The notes below the pieces were generated by a model. That model searched no databases and was not told where the DNA came from. It saw only the letters and a program-made list of their open reading frames with translations. Of a stretch of DNA of 64,000 bases, positions 12,013 to 25,200 are shown piece by piece. Origin of the DNA: Phaeosaccion multiseriatum. Lineage: Eukaryota; Protista; Ochrophyta, other classes. The position numbers were made by a program, and so were the translations under genes. The DNA lies in assembly GCA_965112735.1 (NCBI GenBank), contig OZ218961.1, positions 3,269,848 to 3,333,847 of the forward strand, in the 5' to 3' direction. How positions within the stretch are numbered: the first letter of the stretch is position 1; every line of letters starts with the position of its first letter.

Positions 12013-12017
12013 TTTTT
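12012..12017 (+). terminator. RNA polymerase III T-run terminator of the 5S gene
   Basis: TTTTTT at the end of the 5S terminal helix. Confidence 0.85.
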
Positions 12018-12370
12018 GCTGGCGAGAAGGAGCTTGGGACATAACTGGAAGGGCGGGGCGAGAGAGATTGGCTCCTGTTTTTTTTTCCTATGAATAGGTG
12101 TGCGTCGTGTGATCGAAGGAAGGCAGTGGAAGGCTACTGATGCCATCTGTGGAGCTCTGCGGGCAAGAGCACAGAGGGGGGAGACTTTCCCGTGTTGACA
12201 GCCCCCTATTGGCCCACGTGCTTCTCCTCTCCTCTCCTCTCCTCTCCTCTGCTCTCCTCTCCTCTCCTCTGCTCTGCTCTCCTCTCCTCTCCTCTCCTCT
12301 CCTCCCGTCCCCTCCCCGGCATCCACTGCCATCCACTGCCATCCACTGCCACCCTCCCCTCCCGCAGCCC

Positions 12371-13525
12371 ATGTCTGCGCGAGCTCGCTTGCTGTTGCCC
12401 GAAGCCGCCACACACTCTCCGAGAGCTCTCGCTGTGGATTCGGACCCCATCAGGTGAGGGAATAAGTTAGTGAGTGAGTAAGTAATTGAGTGTGAGTGAG
12501 AGAGATCAGACAGACAGGCGGACAGGCAGGCAGACAGGCAGACAGGCAGACAGAAAGACAGATAGGTAGGTAGGTAGGCAGACAGACAGGTAGGCAGGCA
12601 GACAGACAGGTAGACAGACCGGCAGGCAGACAGGCAGGCAATCAGGCAGACAGACAGACAGGCAGGCAGACAGACAGACAGACAGGCAGGATGCAGACAG
12701 GCAGGCAGACAGACAGGCAGGCAACAGGCAGCCCTACTCGACCCCTCGGTACCCATTGAGCACACGAAACCACACCCTGCCGATGCCTCCAACTGTTGCT
12801 GACATACTGACACCCCTGACACCAGGCACCAACCACGCACTCCGAAGCTGCAGCACCTGCCCACACCGGGGAGCCGCTCTCTCGCACACGGGGAGTGGAC
12901 CTACGCCGGCTACATGGACGCCATGGGCCACCATCTCGAGCAAGGCCTGGGCATGAGCAGCACGGGAGGCTCCGCCTACTCGCTGGGGGAGAGTGTGTCG
13001 AGCACGCAGCACCACGACATGGCCTTGGCGGCAACGGCGAATAACAACGGCAGCATCAGCAGCAGCGGCAGCAGCAAAAGCAACCCCAACGCGGTGTTTA
13101 CATCGTCGCCCCTCTCGCGCCCCTCTTCGGCGAGGCAAAGGCGGCAGCAGCAAGACAAGGACAGGCAGCAGCAGCAGCAGCAGCAGCAGCCCCAGCAGCT
13201 CCAGCAGCCCCAGCAGCAGCAGCGGCGGCGGAAGAGCTCCGGGCTGGCGGCGGGGTCGGGGACGGGATCCTTCCGGGTGGACTTTGGGGAGAGGTTGGAG
13301 GAGGAAGAGGGAGGGGAGGAGCAGCTGGTGATGCAGCAGCAGCCGCCGCCGCCGCCGCCGCCGCAGCAGCAGCAGCAGCAGCCGGCACCGCAGCCACATG
13401 CGGCCCCATCTGTGGAGGCGGACAAGGCCCAGGACGGGCTCGTCATAAAGGCTCAGGACGGGCTCGTCATAAAGGCGCAGGACAGGCTCGCCAACGACGG
13501 ACTCGGAGAGCGAGAGCAGCGATAA
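12371..13525 (+). CDS. Hypothetical Q/S-rich low-complexity protein, 2 exons (12371-12452, about 12827-13525)
   Basis: ATG 12371, CAG|GTGAGG donor, a (CAGA/CAGG)n intron and a CACCAG| acceptor that joins in frame to ORF 12914-13525; no recognisable domain. Confidence 0.45.
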
Positions 13526-14001
13526 CGCAAAACCGTCCTCTCGTTTTTAGAGATCAGACATGAAGAAATACTGACAAGTAGGGAAGGGAAAAAGCTATGA
13601 AAGCCGAAGATTATGGATCGACAGGCATCTCATAGAGCTACACGAAGAGCGATAGCGCTTCTCCCAGCGCGCGCGTCATTTTGCTGCGTTTTTTTTTTCT
13701 GTAACGATATCAATATCGACTGTCTATAAAATATCGATGCGTCATCTCTCTCTCTCTCCCACATTCTCTCTCTTTCCCCTGCCCTTCTTCCCCCCTTTCC
13801 TTCCCTCATATTATGGGAACTCGCCTCTGATGTCTGCTTTGCCAAGACAGCTATCGAGCATCGAAAGGCAGAGAGAGGGATCCTCTTTCACTTTTCACGA
13901 GAGCAGGTGGGAGGGATGAGGGAGATGGTGGGGTTGGGCAGTTAGGCCGCAGAGAGAAGAAGAGGGGGCTCAAGGGACGGAGGGCAGGAGGAGGAGGAGT
14001 T

Positions 14002-17000
14002 ATGTCTTCAGCAGAGATGGCGGACGGAGCTGCAGCGGCGGGCGAGGAAGGAGTAGCTGCAACGGGAAGTGCTGTACATGTTGCAACACCGCCAGCACCC
14101 CCGTCTGATGCGCAGGAGAAGGGGCAAAAGGCCGTTTTAACAGCAGATCAAGCAGGATTGGGAGGAGGAGGAGGAGGAGGAGTACTGTCAGTAGCAGCAG
14201 CACCAGCAACGGTCGCAGCGGGAGGTTCTGCAGCCCTCAGCACGGCAAGCAAAGTAGACAGTGCGACAGAGTCGGCAAGGGGAAATGGAGAAAGCGCCAC
14301 CCCACAGAGCTTGCCAGGCGCCAACAACGGGAGCAGTAGCAGCAGCAGCAGCAGCAGCAGCACCAGCCCCCCGAAGGTGGCCTTCGACGCCTCCACCCAA
14401 AGAGGTGGCGAGCAGTTGGTGATACAGGATGCCGTCTCTCTGAGTTCTTTGGCTGCGGGGTCTGTGGCTTCTGTTGCTGATGGTGGCGGTGGCAGCGTGT
14501 CCTTTGACGCGCCTGCCGTGGAGGGGGGCGTAGGAGGGACCGGAGAGGCGAAGGCGTCACTCCCCGCCAACACGAACAACCTCAGCCCCACCAGGAGAGG
14601 GGCAGGAGCGGACGCAATGGCAGGGCGGCCCCTCAGCCGCCCCGTCAGTCTGGCGAACGCCATCTCTGCCACGGCTCATCAGCTTCTCGGTCGTGCTGCG
14701 GAGAGGGAGAGGGGCAGAGAAGCCGGGGCGGGGGGCGGCCCGGGCTCCCCGTCCCTATCCCCCCATGGGGCACCCGCGGCTGGCTCTACTCCAGGAGGGA
14801 GCAAGAGAGGAGGGGCCTCCGGCGCTGGGGGGGGGGGGGCCTCCAGCGGCGGCAATGGCAATAAAACTCTAAAGAATTTCCTCCGGGGGGAGGGGGCGCC
14901 TTCCTCGGCCCCCGCCGCCATTCCGGTCCCTCTGTTCACCCGCTCCTTCACGGAAGGCCGCATTCTGGGCATGACGGGCCTGAGGCACCCCCCGGCGGGC
15001 AGCGGATGGGGGGAAGGAGGGGGGGAAGGAGGGGGGGAAGGTCAAGTGTCTCCGCCGGACGCGGCAGGGGTGGCGGATGTATCGGGTGGGGCAGGGCAGC
15101 AGCTGGCGCTTCTCAAGCCCAAGAGGCACAAGCAGCACTTCGGGAAGTCCAAGGAGGAGCCCGAGGTGCGAAGGGGCAGAAGGAGCGGCATGACTGACTA
15201 TGGAAGGAAGGAAGGAATGCTCTCTGATTGACTCCTGCAGGGCTTGTGGGTGACTCCTGTGTGCTCCTTGCGTCAAATCCATGTGGGGCGGCACCCGTCC
15301 CAGCCATGTATTCACTCGCTACCTTTTCTTAGCAGACTCCATCCTCCCTCCCTCCGTCCCTCCTTCGCTCCCATCCTTCCTCCCTCCCTCCCGCCTTCCC
15401 GCCCTCCCTTCCTCCCTTCCTCCCGTTCGCCCGCATGGTGTGTATGTATGGTGTCTATCATATCAGGTCATTTGGTCGGACCAAGTCGACCTCCCGAATG
15501 CGAGTGGCATCGAGATCAGCAATTACTCCCTCACCATCTGGGACAAGGACAAGCACAAACACAGGGACAAAGACAAAGACAAAGACAAAGAGAAAGACAA
15601 AGACAAAGACCGGCACCAGCAGCAGCAAGAAGAGGGGGGGGAGGGCGGAGCAGGGGAGGAAGGGGCGGAAGGAGAGGGGGGGGGGGACTCTGCAGCGGAG
15701 GGCAAAACGGCAGAGGGCAAGGGGAAGGGGAGCGGATCCGATCAGCAGGGCGGGGGAGATGGACCCCTCACAGATGGCGAGGGGGTGGGGGGAGAGGGGC
15801 GAGAAGGGGGGCACCGCAGCGGGGAGGAGAAGGAGGGGGCGGCAGGGGGGGCAGCGGGGCTCTCCACGACAAGGCCAGAGGGGGGGCAGGCAGTGGAGGA
15901 GCGGACGGCAAGGAGGGAGAGGCACCGCCGCAGCAGGTCCTCCGGAGTGGGCAAAGATGGCCACAAGCTAAGGAAAAGCAGCAAGGGGCGGAGGGGCAAG
16001 GGCAGAAAGAAGATACCCAAACCCAAGCCCAAGACCAAGCGGGACGTGCGCTTCGGGAAAGAGATGCAGCCCGGCAGCGGCGGAGTGGAGTACGAGCTCT
16101 CACTCGGGATGATGCTTGGCCTCAGGGTGGCGGTGGGCAGGCAGCCCAGGCCTACTGAGGACAAGACCCTCTTGATGGAGGTGAGGAGGGAGGGAGGAAG
16201 CTGAAAGGAGGGGAGGGAAGGAGCCTTCGAAAGGCCTTCGAAAGGGGTCGCAGAAGGGGCCAGGGAGAAGAAGAGAGGAGAGGAGGAGGGGGGAGAGGAT
16301 TGCAAGCTGTGCTGTGCTGCAGCTGTTCCCCTGTGCGTGCGTGTCGTCACCCATCCCGTCTGCTGCCTTCCCTTCCCTTGCCTTGCCTTGCCTTGCCTGC
16401 CCATGTGCCTGCCCATGTGCCTGCCCTGCCCCGTCTTATATGTCATCCCAGAACTTCTACCAGTGCGACAAGTACCTGTTCCCCCCCGCGGGGTCTGCGC
16501 AGGGCCCGCTCCGCACCCCCTCGCACAACCTCACGCACAAGTTCAAGTTCAAGGACTACTCCGCCAAGGTCAGGCAGTCCGGCAGCGCTTGACTTGATTT
16601 GATGCCTCTGCTTGCTTGACGTACCTGTTTTCATCCTTCTGTTGCTTGACACGTCTTGCATAACACCTCTGTTGCTTGACACCTCCTCCCCTCCCTCAGG
16701 TGTTTAAGCGCATCCGCGAGCACTTCGGGGTGGATAGGCTGGGCTACATGCTCAGCGTGGCCGGGGACTACAACTTCCTCAAGTTTATCTCCAACGCCAA
16801 GAGCGGTGAGTGCGTCTTGCATCTCTTACGTCGTGCCATATTGTCTTACGTAATGCTCTCTTTTCTTTGTCGTTAGGCGAATTCTTCTTCTTCAGCCACG
16901 ACGAGCGCTTCCTCATCAAGACAATGAGTTCCGCGGAGGTGAAGTTCTTCCGCCGCATTCTGCCGCACTACTACGAACACGTCAAGACCAATCCGGACAC

Positions 17001-19451
17001 CTTCCTCGTCAGGTTCTACGGTGAGTCATTGTGGTACAGCAGTTGGTCATACCGCAGCAGTTACGTGGTACAGCAGTTGGTCATACCGCAGCAGTTATGT
17101 GGTACAGCAGTAGGGCGCGTCCGACCGACTGAAGGGGTCCATTCTTGTCATTTCGCGTCGAACGATGGCCTCACCTGTGGTGAATCAAACGAAACGAAAA
17201 TGACCCCCCTCCTTCTACCATCCACTGCCATACCCCCCCCCCTCCCCCCCCCCGCAGGCATGTACCGGGTGAAGATGCACCACATCCACCGGCAGGTGCA
17301 CTTCATTGTGATGAACAGTGTGCTAGACACGCCCAAGGACATTCACCACACCTTCGACCTCAAGGGAAGCACCTACGGACGGGTCACGCCCAAAGACTCC
17401 AAGGTCAGTGATGTTGTAAGTCGGTGCCAGTTGTGATCTGGCCCCGGTGGGCACGTGAGTCTCTCACGTCAGGAGCTCCGACTCCTCTCTCAGAGTGTCT
17501 CTCAGAGTCTGCTTTGTGTACAGTTACGGACAGAGCGGCCAGCAGCCTTGTTGTAGGGTTAAGCGATGCTAATGCACATACCAACAAGACCACACTTGTC
17601 TAGTAGTCTAAGTGACTATTAACAGTGAGGGCAGTGAGGGCAGGGCAGGTAGGCGGGGGGGGGGCACCTCCCGACGGGTCTTGGTGAGGGAGTGAGTAAC
17701 GACAACGACGCGGGAGAGGAGCAACATCCCCCCAACCCTTTTTCGTATGTGGAGAGTTTCGGCGTTGTGTGGCTTTGAACCAGTACTGATGTATCACCAA
17801 CTGCTGTGCTGTGCTGTGGTGTGCTGTGCCGTACCAACAGGTGCGAAAGGACCTCAACTTCATCGAGGAGGGGCGCAAGCTGCACCTCGGGCCACAAAGA
17901 GACGCTTTCCTACACATCATGCGCAAAGACGCGCTCTTCCTGGCCTCCATGAAGATCATGGACTACAGCCTACTGGTGGGCATACACGACAGGCAGGCGG
18001 GGCAGGCCGGGGGGGGCAATGGGGGGGAGGAACAGGCCTCGCCGCACCCAGGGGGGGAGGAGGGAGGGGGCTCGGGGGGTAAGGGCCCCGCGGTGCTGCA
18101 GGATCTGGGCCTGTTGGGGGGCGATGACGACGACGACGACGACGAGGAGGAGGAGGAGGAGGAGGAGGAGCAGTTCAGGGGGCGAGGGACGAGGCGGCGG
18201 AGGGGTAGGAGGCGAGCCGCAACAGGTCGTGGTGCAGCAGTTGGTGGTACAGCGGCAGCGGAGGGGAAGGACGAGGAGGAGAGCTTCCGAGTCGAGGGGG
18301 GCGACGCAGACATGTCCAGCGTCAGCCCCGGGGGGAACGGAGGAGGAGCCTCCGCGGCGGAGGGAACGGGCGAGTCAGAGGGAGAGTCGTTGAGGCACCA
18401 CGCAGTCACCAGCGGAGAGGGGGAGGGGGACGGCTACAACAGCATCAGTAACAGCGACGGAGAAGGGGAGGCAGAGGCATCGGACTTGGAGGTCTCCGAG
18501 TCGGACTATCCCTCCGGCTCCGGCGGGCATGAGCAGGAGGGGCTAGGCGGCAGTCATATGGGCGGCAGTCACTTGGGCGGCAGTCATATGGGCGGCAGGA
18601 TTGCTCACCGCCGCGGTAACGGCAGCAGCGCCTCCGCGCGAGGCGCCACGGGCAGTCATATGGGCAACAGCATGAACAACACCGGCCTGTCTGAGCTGGT
18701 CCAGATGCGGCACCTGAGAGCCTCGCAGAGACACAGCCAGAGGCAGACGGCGGCAGAGCAGCAGAATCTGCAGTACATGGCAGGGGGCATCTCCTTCCAG
18801 CAGCAGAGGGGCGAGCAGGGGGGAGAGGACGCCGGCCACGGAGAGCCGCACAGCACCAGAGACAGGGACAGGAGGGGCAGCGCTAGCCTTCACTCAGGCA
18901 TGGGCAGAGCGAGAGCGGGCAGTCAGAGCCACATGGGGGGCGGCAGTCAGGCAGGGGGGGCAAGCCTCGGCCAAGGCGGCAACGTGTTCGGATCAGGGCT
19001 GGGCCTGAGCGGCAGTGGGAGGCATTATTATATGGGGAGGCGGCAGGACCAGGCGTACGGCAGCATCCGGCGGCGGAAGGACCAGGGCCTGGAGAGCTAC
19101 AGACCCTGCGAGACAGAGACAGCTGACCCGGAGGGGGAGGGGGAGAAGGGGGGGGAGAAGGGGGGGGGTACGGCCGCGGGGGGTACCGCCCCAGCTCCAG
19201 GCTCGGGAGGAGGGGGGCGGCGGGGGGGCGGTGAGGAGAAGCAGGAGGGGCACAGGAAGCGCGTGATGTGGAAGAAGAGTAACGAGATTTACTTCTGCGG
19301 GGTGATAGACATTCTGCAGCAGTACAATGTGCAGAAGCACGGGGAGACGTTCTTCAAGTCGCTCATCGCCCCCAAGGCGCACATCAGCTGTGTGGACCCC
19401 CTGTCCTACGCCAAGCGCTTCTGCGACTTCTTAGAGGAGAACACCGAGTAG
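14002..19451 (+). CDS. Phosphatidylinositol phosphate kinase (PIP5K family), 7 exons
   Basis: FKFKDYSAKVFKRIREHFG, SNAKSGEFFFFSHDERFLIKT, FIVMNSV, FDLKGST, KDLNF, IMDYSLLVGIHD, YFCGVIDILQQY and ISCVDPLSYAKRF are all PIPK motifs; GT-AG junctions identified. Confidence 0.95.
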
Positions 19452-20093
19452 TGACGCATTTGGTGCATGGAAGTGTAACGCCATGAATGATGCAGCACGA
19501 ATCGATAGTGTAACCGTCCCTCCCCCGCCCTCCTACAGGGACAGTGTAGTCTCTGGCTGGTGCATGCACTCATCTGTTTACTCCAACTATACGCGTGCGC
19601 ACGCTTCCCTGTTGGGCCCCACCTCCTCCCCTCCTTCCGTGGCACACTGGCACGGCACGGCACGGCACGGCACTTTTCGCAGCGCCCCTTTGCCTTCCTC
19701 TGCCGGACCTCGAGCAAAAGGGGTTTGGGTCAGTCAAGGTAGCCCAAGGAATGAAAAGGAGAGCGGCCCTAGCCAACCGCAAATGTTTTGGTAGGCGCCA
19801 GCTGCATGGTCGCAAATGATACCAAGGTTGTGTAAGGTGAAGTGAAGTTACGAGCCATTCGCTCCATCAGAGAGATGCGTGGAGCGGGGAGGAGGGCAGG
19901 CAGGCAAGGAGGCCGAGTACATGCAGATAGATGCATAGAGACAGAGGTGTACATCTTCCTGACTGCTTTAGACTCACAGGCAAAGAGAAAAGCAGAGCGC
20001 AAAGCACGTGCTCTGCCTGCTTGTGCTTGGGGTGGAAAGGAGGGTCCTGTATTTTACCCTTACCGCCTGTCGTCTGCTGCCATCTGCCTAAGC

Positions 20094-21687
20094 TTACTCC
20101 GCGGGGATCTCGACCTCTCCGTCAGTGATCTTCTGCTGCAAATCCTTGGGGTGCTCGCCGTTGACGGTGCAGCCCACTGAGAAGCATGTGCCGAGGATCT
20201 CCTTGACGGTTCCTGCAAGCTCGCAGGCCATGGAGCGGGGGCGCATCACACGCGCAACGTCAATCACCTGACAGACAGCGCAGGCCAATGCACAGGGCAA
20301 TGCACAGGGCAATGCAGCGGGGGGGACGTGCGTTAGCAAAGGGGTAAAGGGGTAGCAACATTACTTTGCAAGCGCCTTCGCGCTAACTTCTGCAAAGCTG
20401 AGACTGAGGTTTCGATTGGCCCAGGACCGATGATGGGGAAAAAACACTACCATCTATTGCCATCCATTTCACTCATACCGCCCTCTCCTTCCAAACCACA
20501 ACGAAGAGCGCCTTCCAGGCCGGCTCAGGCTCAGGCTCAGGCTCAGGCTGTACTCCGTCCTTACCCTTACCCTTACCTGGTCGAGGGTGATGTTTCCGTC
20601 GTGCTTGATGTTCTTCACCTTCTTGCGGTCACGCTCGGGCTCGTTCAGCGCCTTGAGCACCAGCGACGAGGCGGACGGGATCACAGACACGGTGGCCTGG
20701 ATACACAACACATGAGGAAGAAGGGGATATGGTTGAGATGGGGTGTGTACAGAGGAGGCTTGCGTTGGCCTTCTGACTATGTCACAACGCCGCCCCCAGC
20801 TCGGCACTAGGCAGGCAGACAGCAGCTCTCGTCGGCAATCTCCGCTCGACCAATGGCATCTCTCTTCCCGTATTTCGCACTGCGCGTGGCTCCCTCAGTG
20901 GCTCAAGGCTCAAGCCAGTCAAGGCTCATGCCAGTTAGAGGATAGCATTAGATGGCATTCCTCGAGCATTGCGTGGGTCAAGGGCAGAAGAGCAGCGAGT
21001 TCCGATGCCACATGGCGCACAAGTGCCCGCCCCTCTTCCCTTGAGTGGTGTCTCTGCCCTTTCCGCCTCTGCACCAAGACACCCTCAAGTGCACGCACGT
21101 GCGTGAGCGCTTCCTCTTCCCCGAGACCGTTCCTCACGGCTCGACAATTCCTCCGTCCGATGCCCTAATCGCTACCATCTCTTTCCCCGTCATCCCCTTC
21201 TGCTCCATCGGATCCGCTGGTCCCCACTGCCTCCCTCCCTCGCTCCCTCCCTTCCTTCCTTCCCTTCGGCACTCACCACACGGTTGACGATGGTGAGCTT
21301 GACGGTGATGGGCAGACCCTTCCAGTCCATAGTGTTCTTCTGGATGTCCTCACCAATCTTCTTGGGGGACAGACCCAGGGGCCCCAGCTTGGGGGCCAGG
21401 GCAGCTGTGTTTCCTACCTCACCACCAATGGCTCGCAGCACCACATACTTCTCCTCTGCTCGGGAGAGACGGCCAAGACGTTCGCGTTGCAAGGCGTGAG
21501 TGGGCTTCACAGCATTATTCCTTTCACGAGGGTCGTGGGCTTAACATAGACATACGATAGGAGTTTCGTTGCTCTGCGTAGTCCCAAGTTCCCCCCTTTT
21601 TGGCAATGCCTGCGATGCCCAACCTAGTCCCTCTCTTTTCCCTTCCCGTCCTCCTTCCTCACCTGTAGATGGCGGCGGACCTCCCAT
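20094..21687 (-). CDS. RPL12: 60S ribosomal protein L12 (uL11), 4 exons (21687-21663, 21455-21277, 20696-20577, 20267-20094)
   Basis: [77 protein letters not shown]. Confidence 0.97.
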
Positions 21688-22273
21688 GGTGGCAACGTTG
21701 TTTAAAAGGATGAAAAGATAAGCTGCAGAGAGGGAGGGGGAGTCGCCAAGGGAGAAACAGCAGCGAAAGGCGAGAGACCAAGACAAGGAGGGGGGAGAGG
21801 GAGAGTGAGAAGGAGCACCTCCATGCATGATGCATGCATCGTTGCTCACGCTCGAACTGCTGCGATTCCGTGCATCTCACTGCTCTATCAGTGCGAGTTC
21901 AATCTACCCCAGTGCAGGAGCATGCCCTGGCGGCAAGCGAGAGAGACGAGGAGCTGAACTGCTCTCCCTCCTTGCCATCCCTCACTTTCCGAGTGGAAGA
22001 GAAAGGACCTCTCCTCTTTGACACCCTTAAAGTCATCACAATAACAACCTCATCAGCAACGCCACCACCCCCACTGCAATCACTCCGCCCCACCCCCCCT
22101 CCCCCAGTAGCACCGACCTGGCCTGAGACTGAGCTGAGGGCCACATTTAGGGGAGGGCCCCCGGGGTTCATTGACATGTGGGCAATAATTGGCGTGAACA
22201 AATCGATCACAAATCTTATCTTTGTGTCGTTCCGTCGGGGACAGATAGGGTAGGAAAAAGGAGTCGCGGAGCC

Positions 22274-25200
22274 ATGTGGGCCTTGCTCCGACATGCGAGA
22301 GGGCCCGCTGGACGGAGCCGCTTTCCGGTGGCGGTATCAGGCTCGAGCAGAGGCCGCACGCGGCCGCGGCAATGGGAGGAGAGGCCAGATGATGCCAAAG
22401 TCGCACCATCAGCAGCAGCAGGAGTGGGCGTAAGGGGAGGGGGGGTTAAGGAGCTCGGCCTGTGGGGCTTGCAGCGACGGCACTTGCTGCTGGTGGGAGA
22501 GAATGGAGCTATTGGTTCAGACCGAGGGAAGATGCAGCGGCTGAGAACGCAGGGTGTTGCAACCAATTGTGAAGTTGTTCGCGTGTCTGCCGGCGCGGAT
22601 GCGAATAGTGGGGTAGGGAGCGCAGGTGAAGCTGCTGCAAAAGAGGCGGTACCCCCAAAGAAGAAGAGAGCGAGCCGAGCGAAGAAGAAGAGCGCAGTGG
22701 AGACGGAGGCGGGGGCGGGGGGCGACGGAAGCGCCGCAGTAGCAAAAGGCAAGACCAAGAAAGCGCCAGCGCCGCGAAAGAGAAAGAGCAAGAAGGCAGT
22801 GGCCGCAGCAGAGGCAGAGGCAGCCACGGCGACAGAGACAGCGACGGCGAAAGCAGAGCCAAAGCCAGAGAAAGAAAAAGAGTTAAAGGAAGCGCCGGGG
22901 GCGAAGAAGCCAAGCGCCAAGGCCAAGGCCAAGGCCAAGCGCAAGACTGCCATCTCCCGGCCGCAGCCCTCTCTGGTCAGCAACCTCAGCTCTCCCTCAT
23001 CGTGTCTGCTGCTGGCCGGCAAGGAGCTGAGCATTGACGTGCCGCCGCACCTCGCCTCCTTCACCGACGGGGTGGCACTAGGCCGACTCGGAAACACGGT
23101 GGTGATGAGTACCGTGGTGTGCAACTGGCAGGAGGCAGACGAGGGGGGCTTCCTGCCCCTCACTGTCGAGTACAGAGAGAAGGTGCGTGCGGAAGCTGGC
23201 CTTGTTTGCTTGTAGGGCGGACCAAGCAGTGGGGGGCAGTGCTCCCAAGAGGAGAGGAGGTGCGCTGTTTTCACCCACCCACCCGCCTCTGCCTCTACCT
23301 CTGACCCTAACCTTGACCCTGACCCTGACCTTGACCCTGACGCTGACCCAGACCCAGACCCTGACCCTGACCCTAAACACCTAACCCTCTACCTATCCCC
23401 CCGCAGGCGCACGCCTACGGCAAGATCCCCCGCACGGCGAGGCGCAGGGAGGGCCCCCCGAGTGACAAGGACGTACTCGTGTCCAGAGTCATCGACCGCG
23501 TGCTGAGGCCGCTCTTCCCCGAGGGTTTCTGCTTCGAGACGCAGCTCATCAGCACTCTGCAGACTTTCGACGGAGTGAGCGACCCCGTGGTGCCTGCCGT
23601 TAACGCCGCGTGTGCCGCAATGGCCACGAGCGGACTTCCTTGGAACGGGCCCGCGGCATGCGTACGCGTGGGCAAGGTGGGGGGCACTTTGGTTCTCAAC
23701 CCCTCTCTCCCTACGCTGCAGGAGCGAAGCAAGCTTGATGTGCTGTACGCGGCCACGGAGGGACGCACGCTCATGATCGAAATGTCGGGGGCGGAGCAGG
23801 ACGAGGAGAGCGTAGCGGCTGCGCTGAAGCTCGCTCACGAGGCCGTGCAGCCTATCCTCAAGCTGCAGAGGGGCCTCATGGAGGAAAAGGCCAAGGCAGG
23901 GGAGGAGGAGGAGATGCCCAGCACACAGACCGAAGAGGCGGGGGCCGTCGGGCCGGGCCGTGGAGCGTGGAGCCAGGCGGAGGTCCTTGCACCACTGCTG
24001 GCCACTGCCGCCAGCGAGGTGGGGTACGAGGGGGCGTTGGCTGCCTTCTGTAACAGTAGCCTCAGCAAGCGGGAGAGGGGCGGGGCGGAGGGGCGGGCAA
24101 TGGCGGACATGCGGGCGGCGCTGGAGGAGCGCTACCCCGACGCCCCCTCCTGGGCGGTGGCTACGGCCGTGGACGGGGTCATGAAGAAGGCCCTCAGAGA
24201 CGCCGTGCTCGACACCAAGGTACGTGTGTGTACGTGTGTGTACGTGTGTGTACGTGTGTGTACGTGTGTGCACGCGTGTGCCTGTGTGTGTGCGGGTGGC
24301 TTCGCATGTGCCAGCAGCAGAGGAGAAGGCGGCTGCACCCTCCTCTCTACTCTCTCTCTCCATGGCCCCCCTCTCTGCTGATGACATCCATCCACTGCCA
24401 TCTATCCATCCCTCTCTGCTGACACACATCCATCCCTCTCTGTGCTTCACAGCCACAGGGCCTCTGGCGTGAGAGTCGTGTGTCGCTGCTGACCCTCCCC
24501 TCCCCCCGTGTGTGATGTGTATGATGTGGTCCTCCGGCTGCCATCTGTGCCCCCTCAGGTGCGGTGCGACGGCCGCCATGCGACAGATGTGCGGCCGCTG
24601 ACGGCCCAAACGGCTCTCCTTCCCTCCGTGCATGGCTCCGGCCTCTTCTCCAGGGGGCAGACGCAGGTACGTACTTACGTACTTACACACGTAATGTCAT
24701 GCGTAAGCTAAGCCATCTTCCGCTATCGCGTCGCACTGAAGGAGGAAGGAGACATGACGCCACCCTCCCCCCCCCTGCCCGTAGGTCATGTCCGTAGCCA
24801 CGCTGGGCCCCTCTCTGGACCTCGAGCCTGTGCAGTACTTGGGGAGGACTAAGCACGAGGAGAAGCAAGCTGCCATCAGGAGGGCCAAGAGCGCGAATCG
24901 CCTCTACTTGCACTACGAATTCCCCCCCTACGGCGTAGGAGAGACCGGCAAGCTCGGGGGCACCAACCGCCGCATGGTTAGTGGCTGTTGTAAGTCTTAG
25001 GATTAGGGTTTGCGTTAGGGCTAGGGCTAGGGTTAGGGTTAGGGTTAGTGGCTGTTGTATGTCTCCGATACGTTAGTTCAGTCGGTTGCTTGCTGCTGTG
25101 CCGGGCTGGGGCGGCCCCACTTGCCTTTGCACTTATAATCCTGTCATGCTAAGGCACACACACATGCACGTAACTATTCATTCATTGGCTTAATGGCTTA

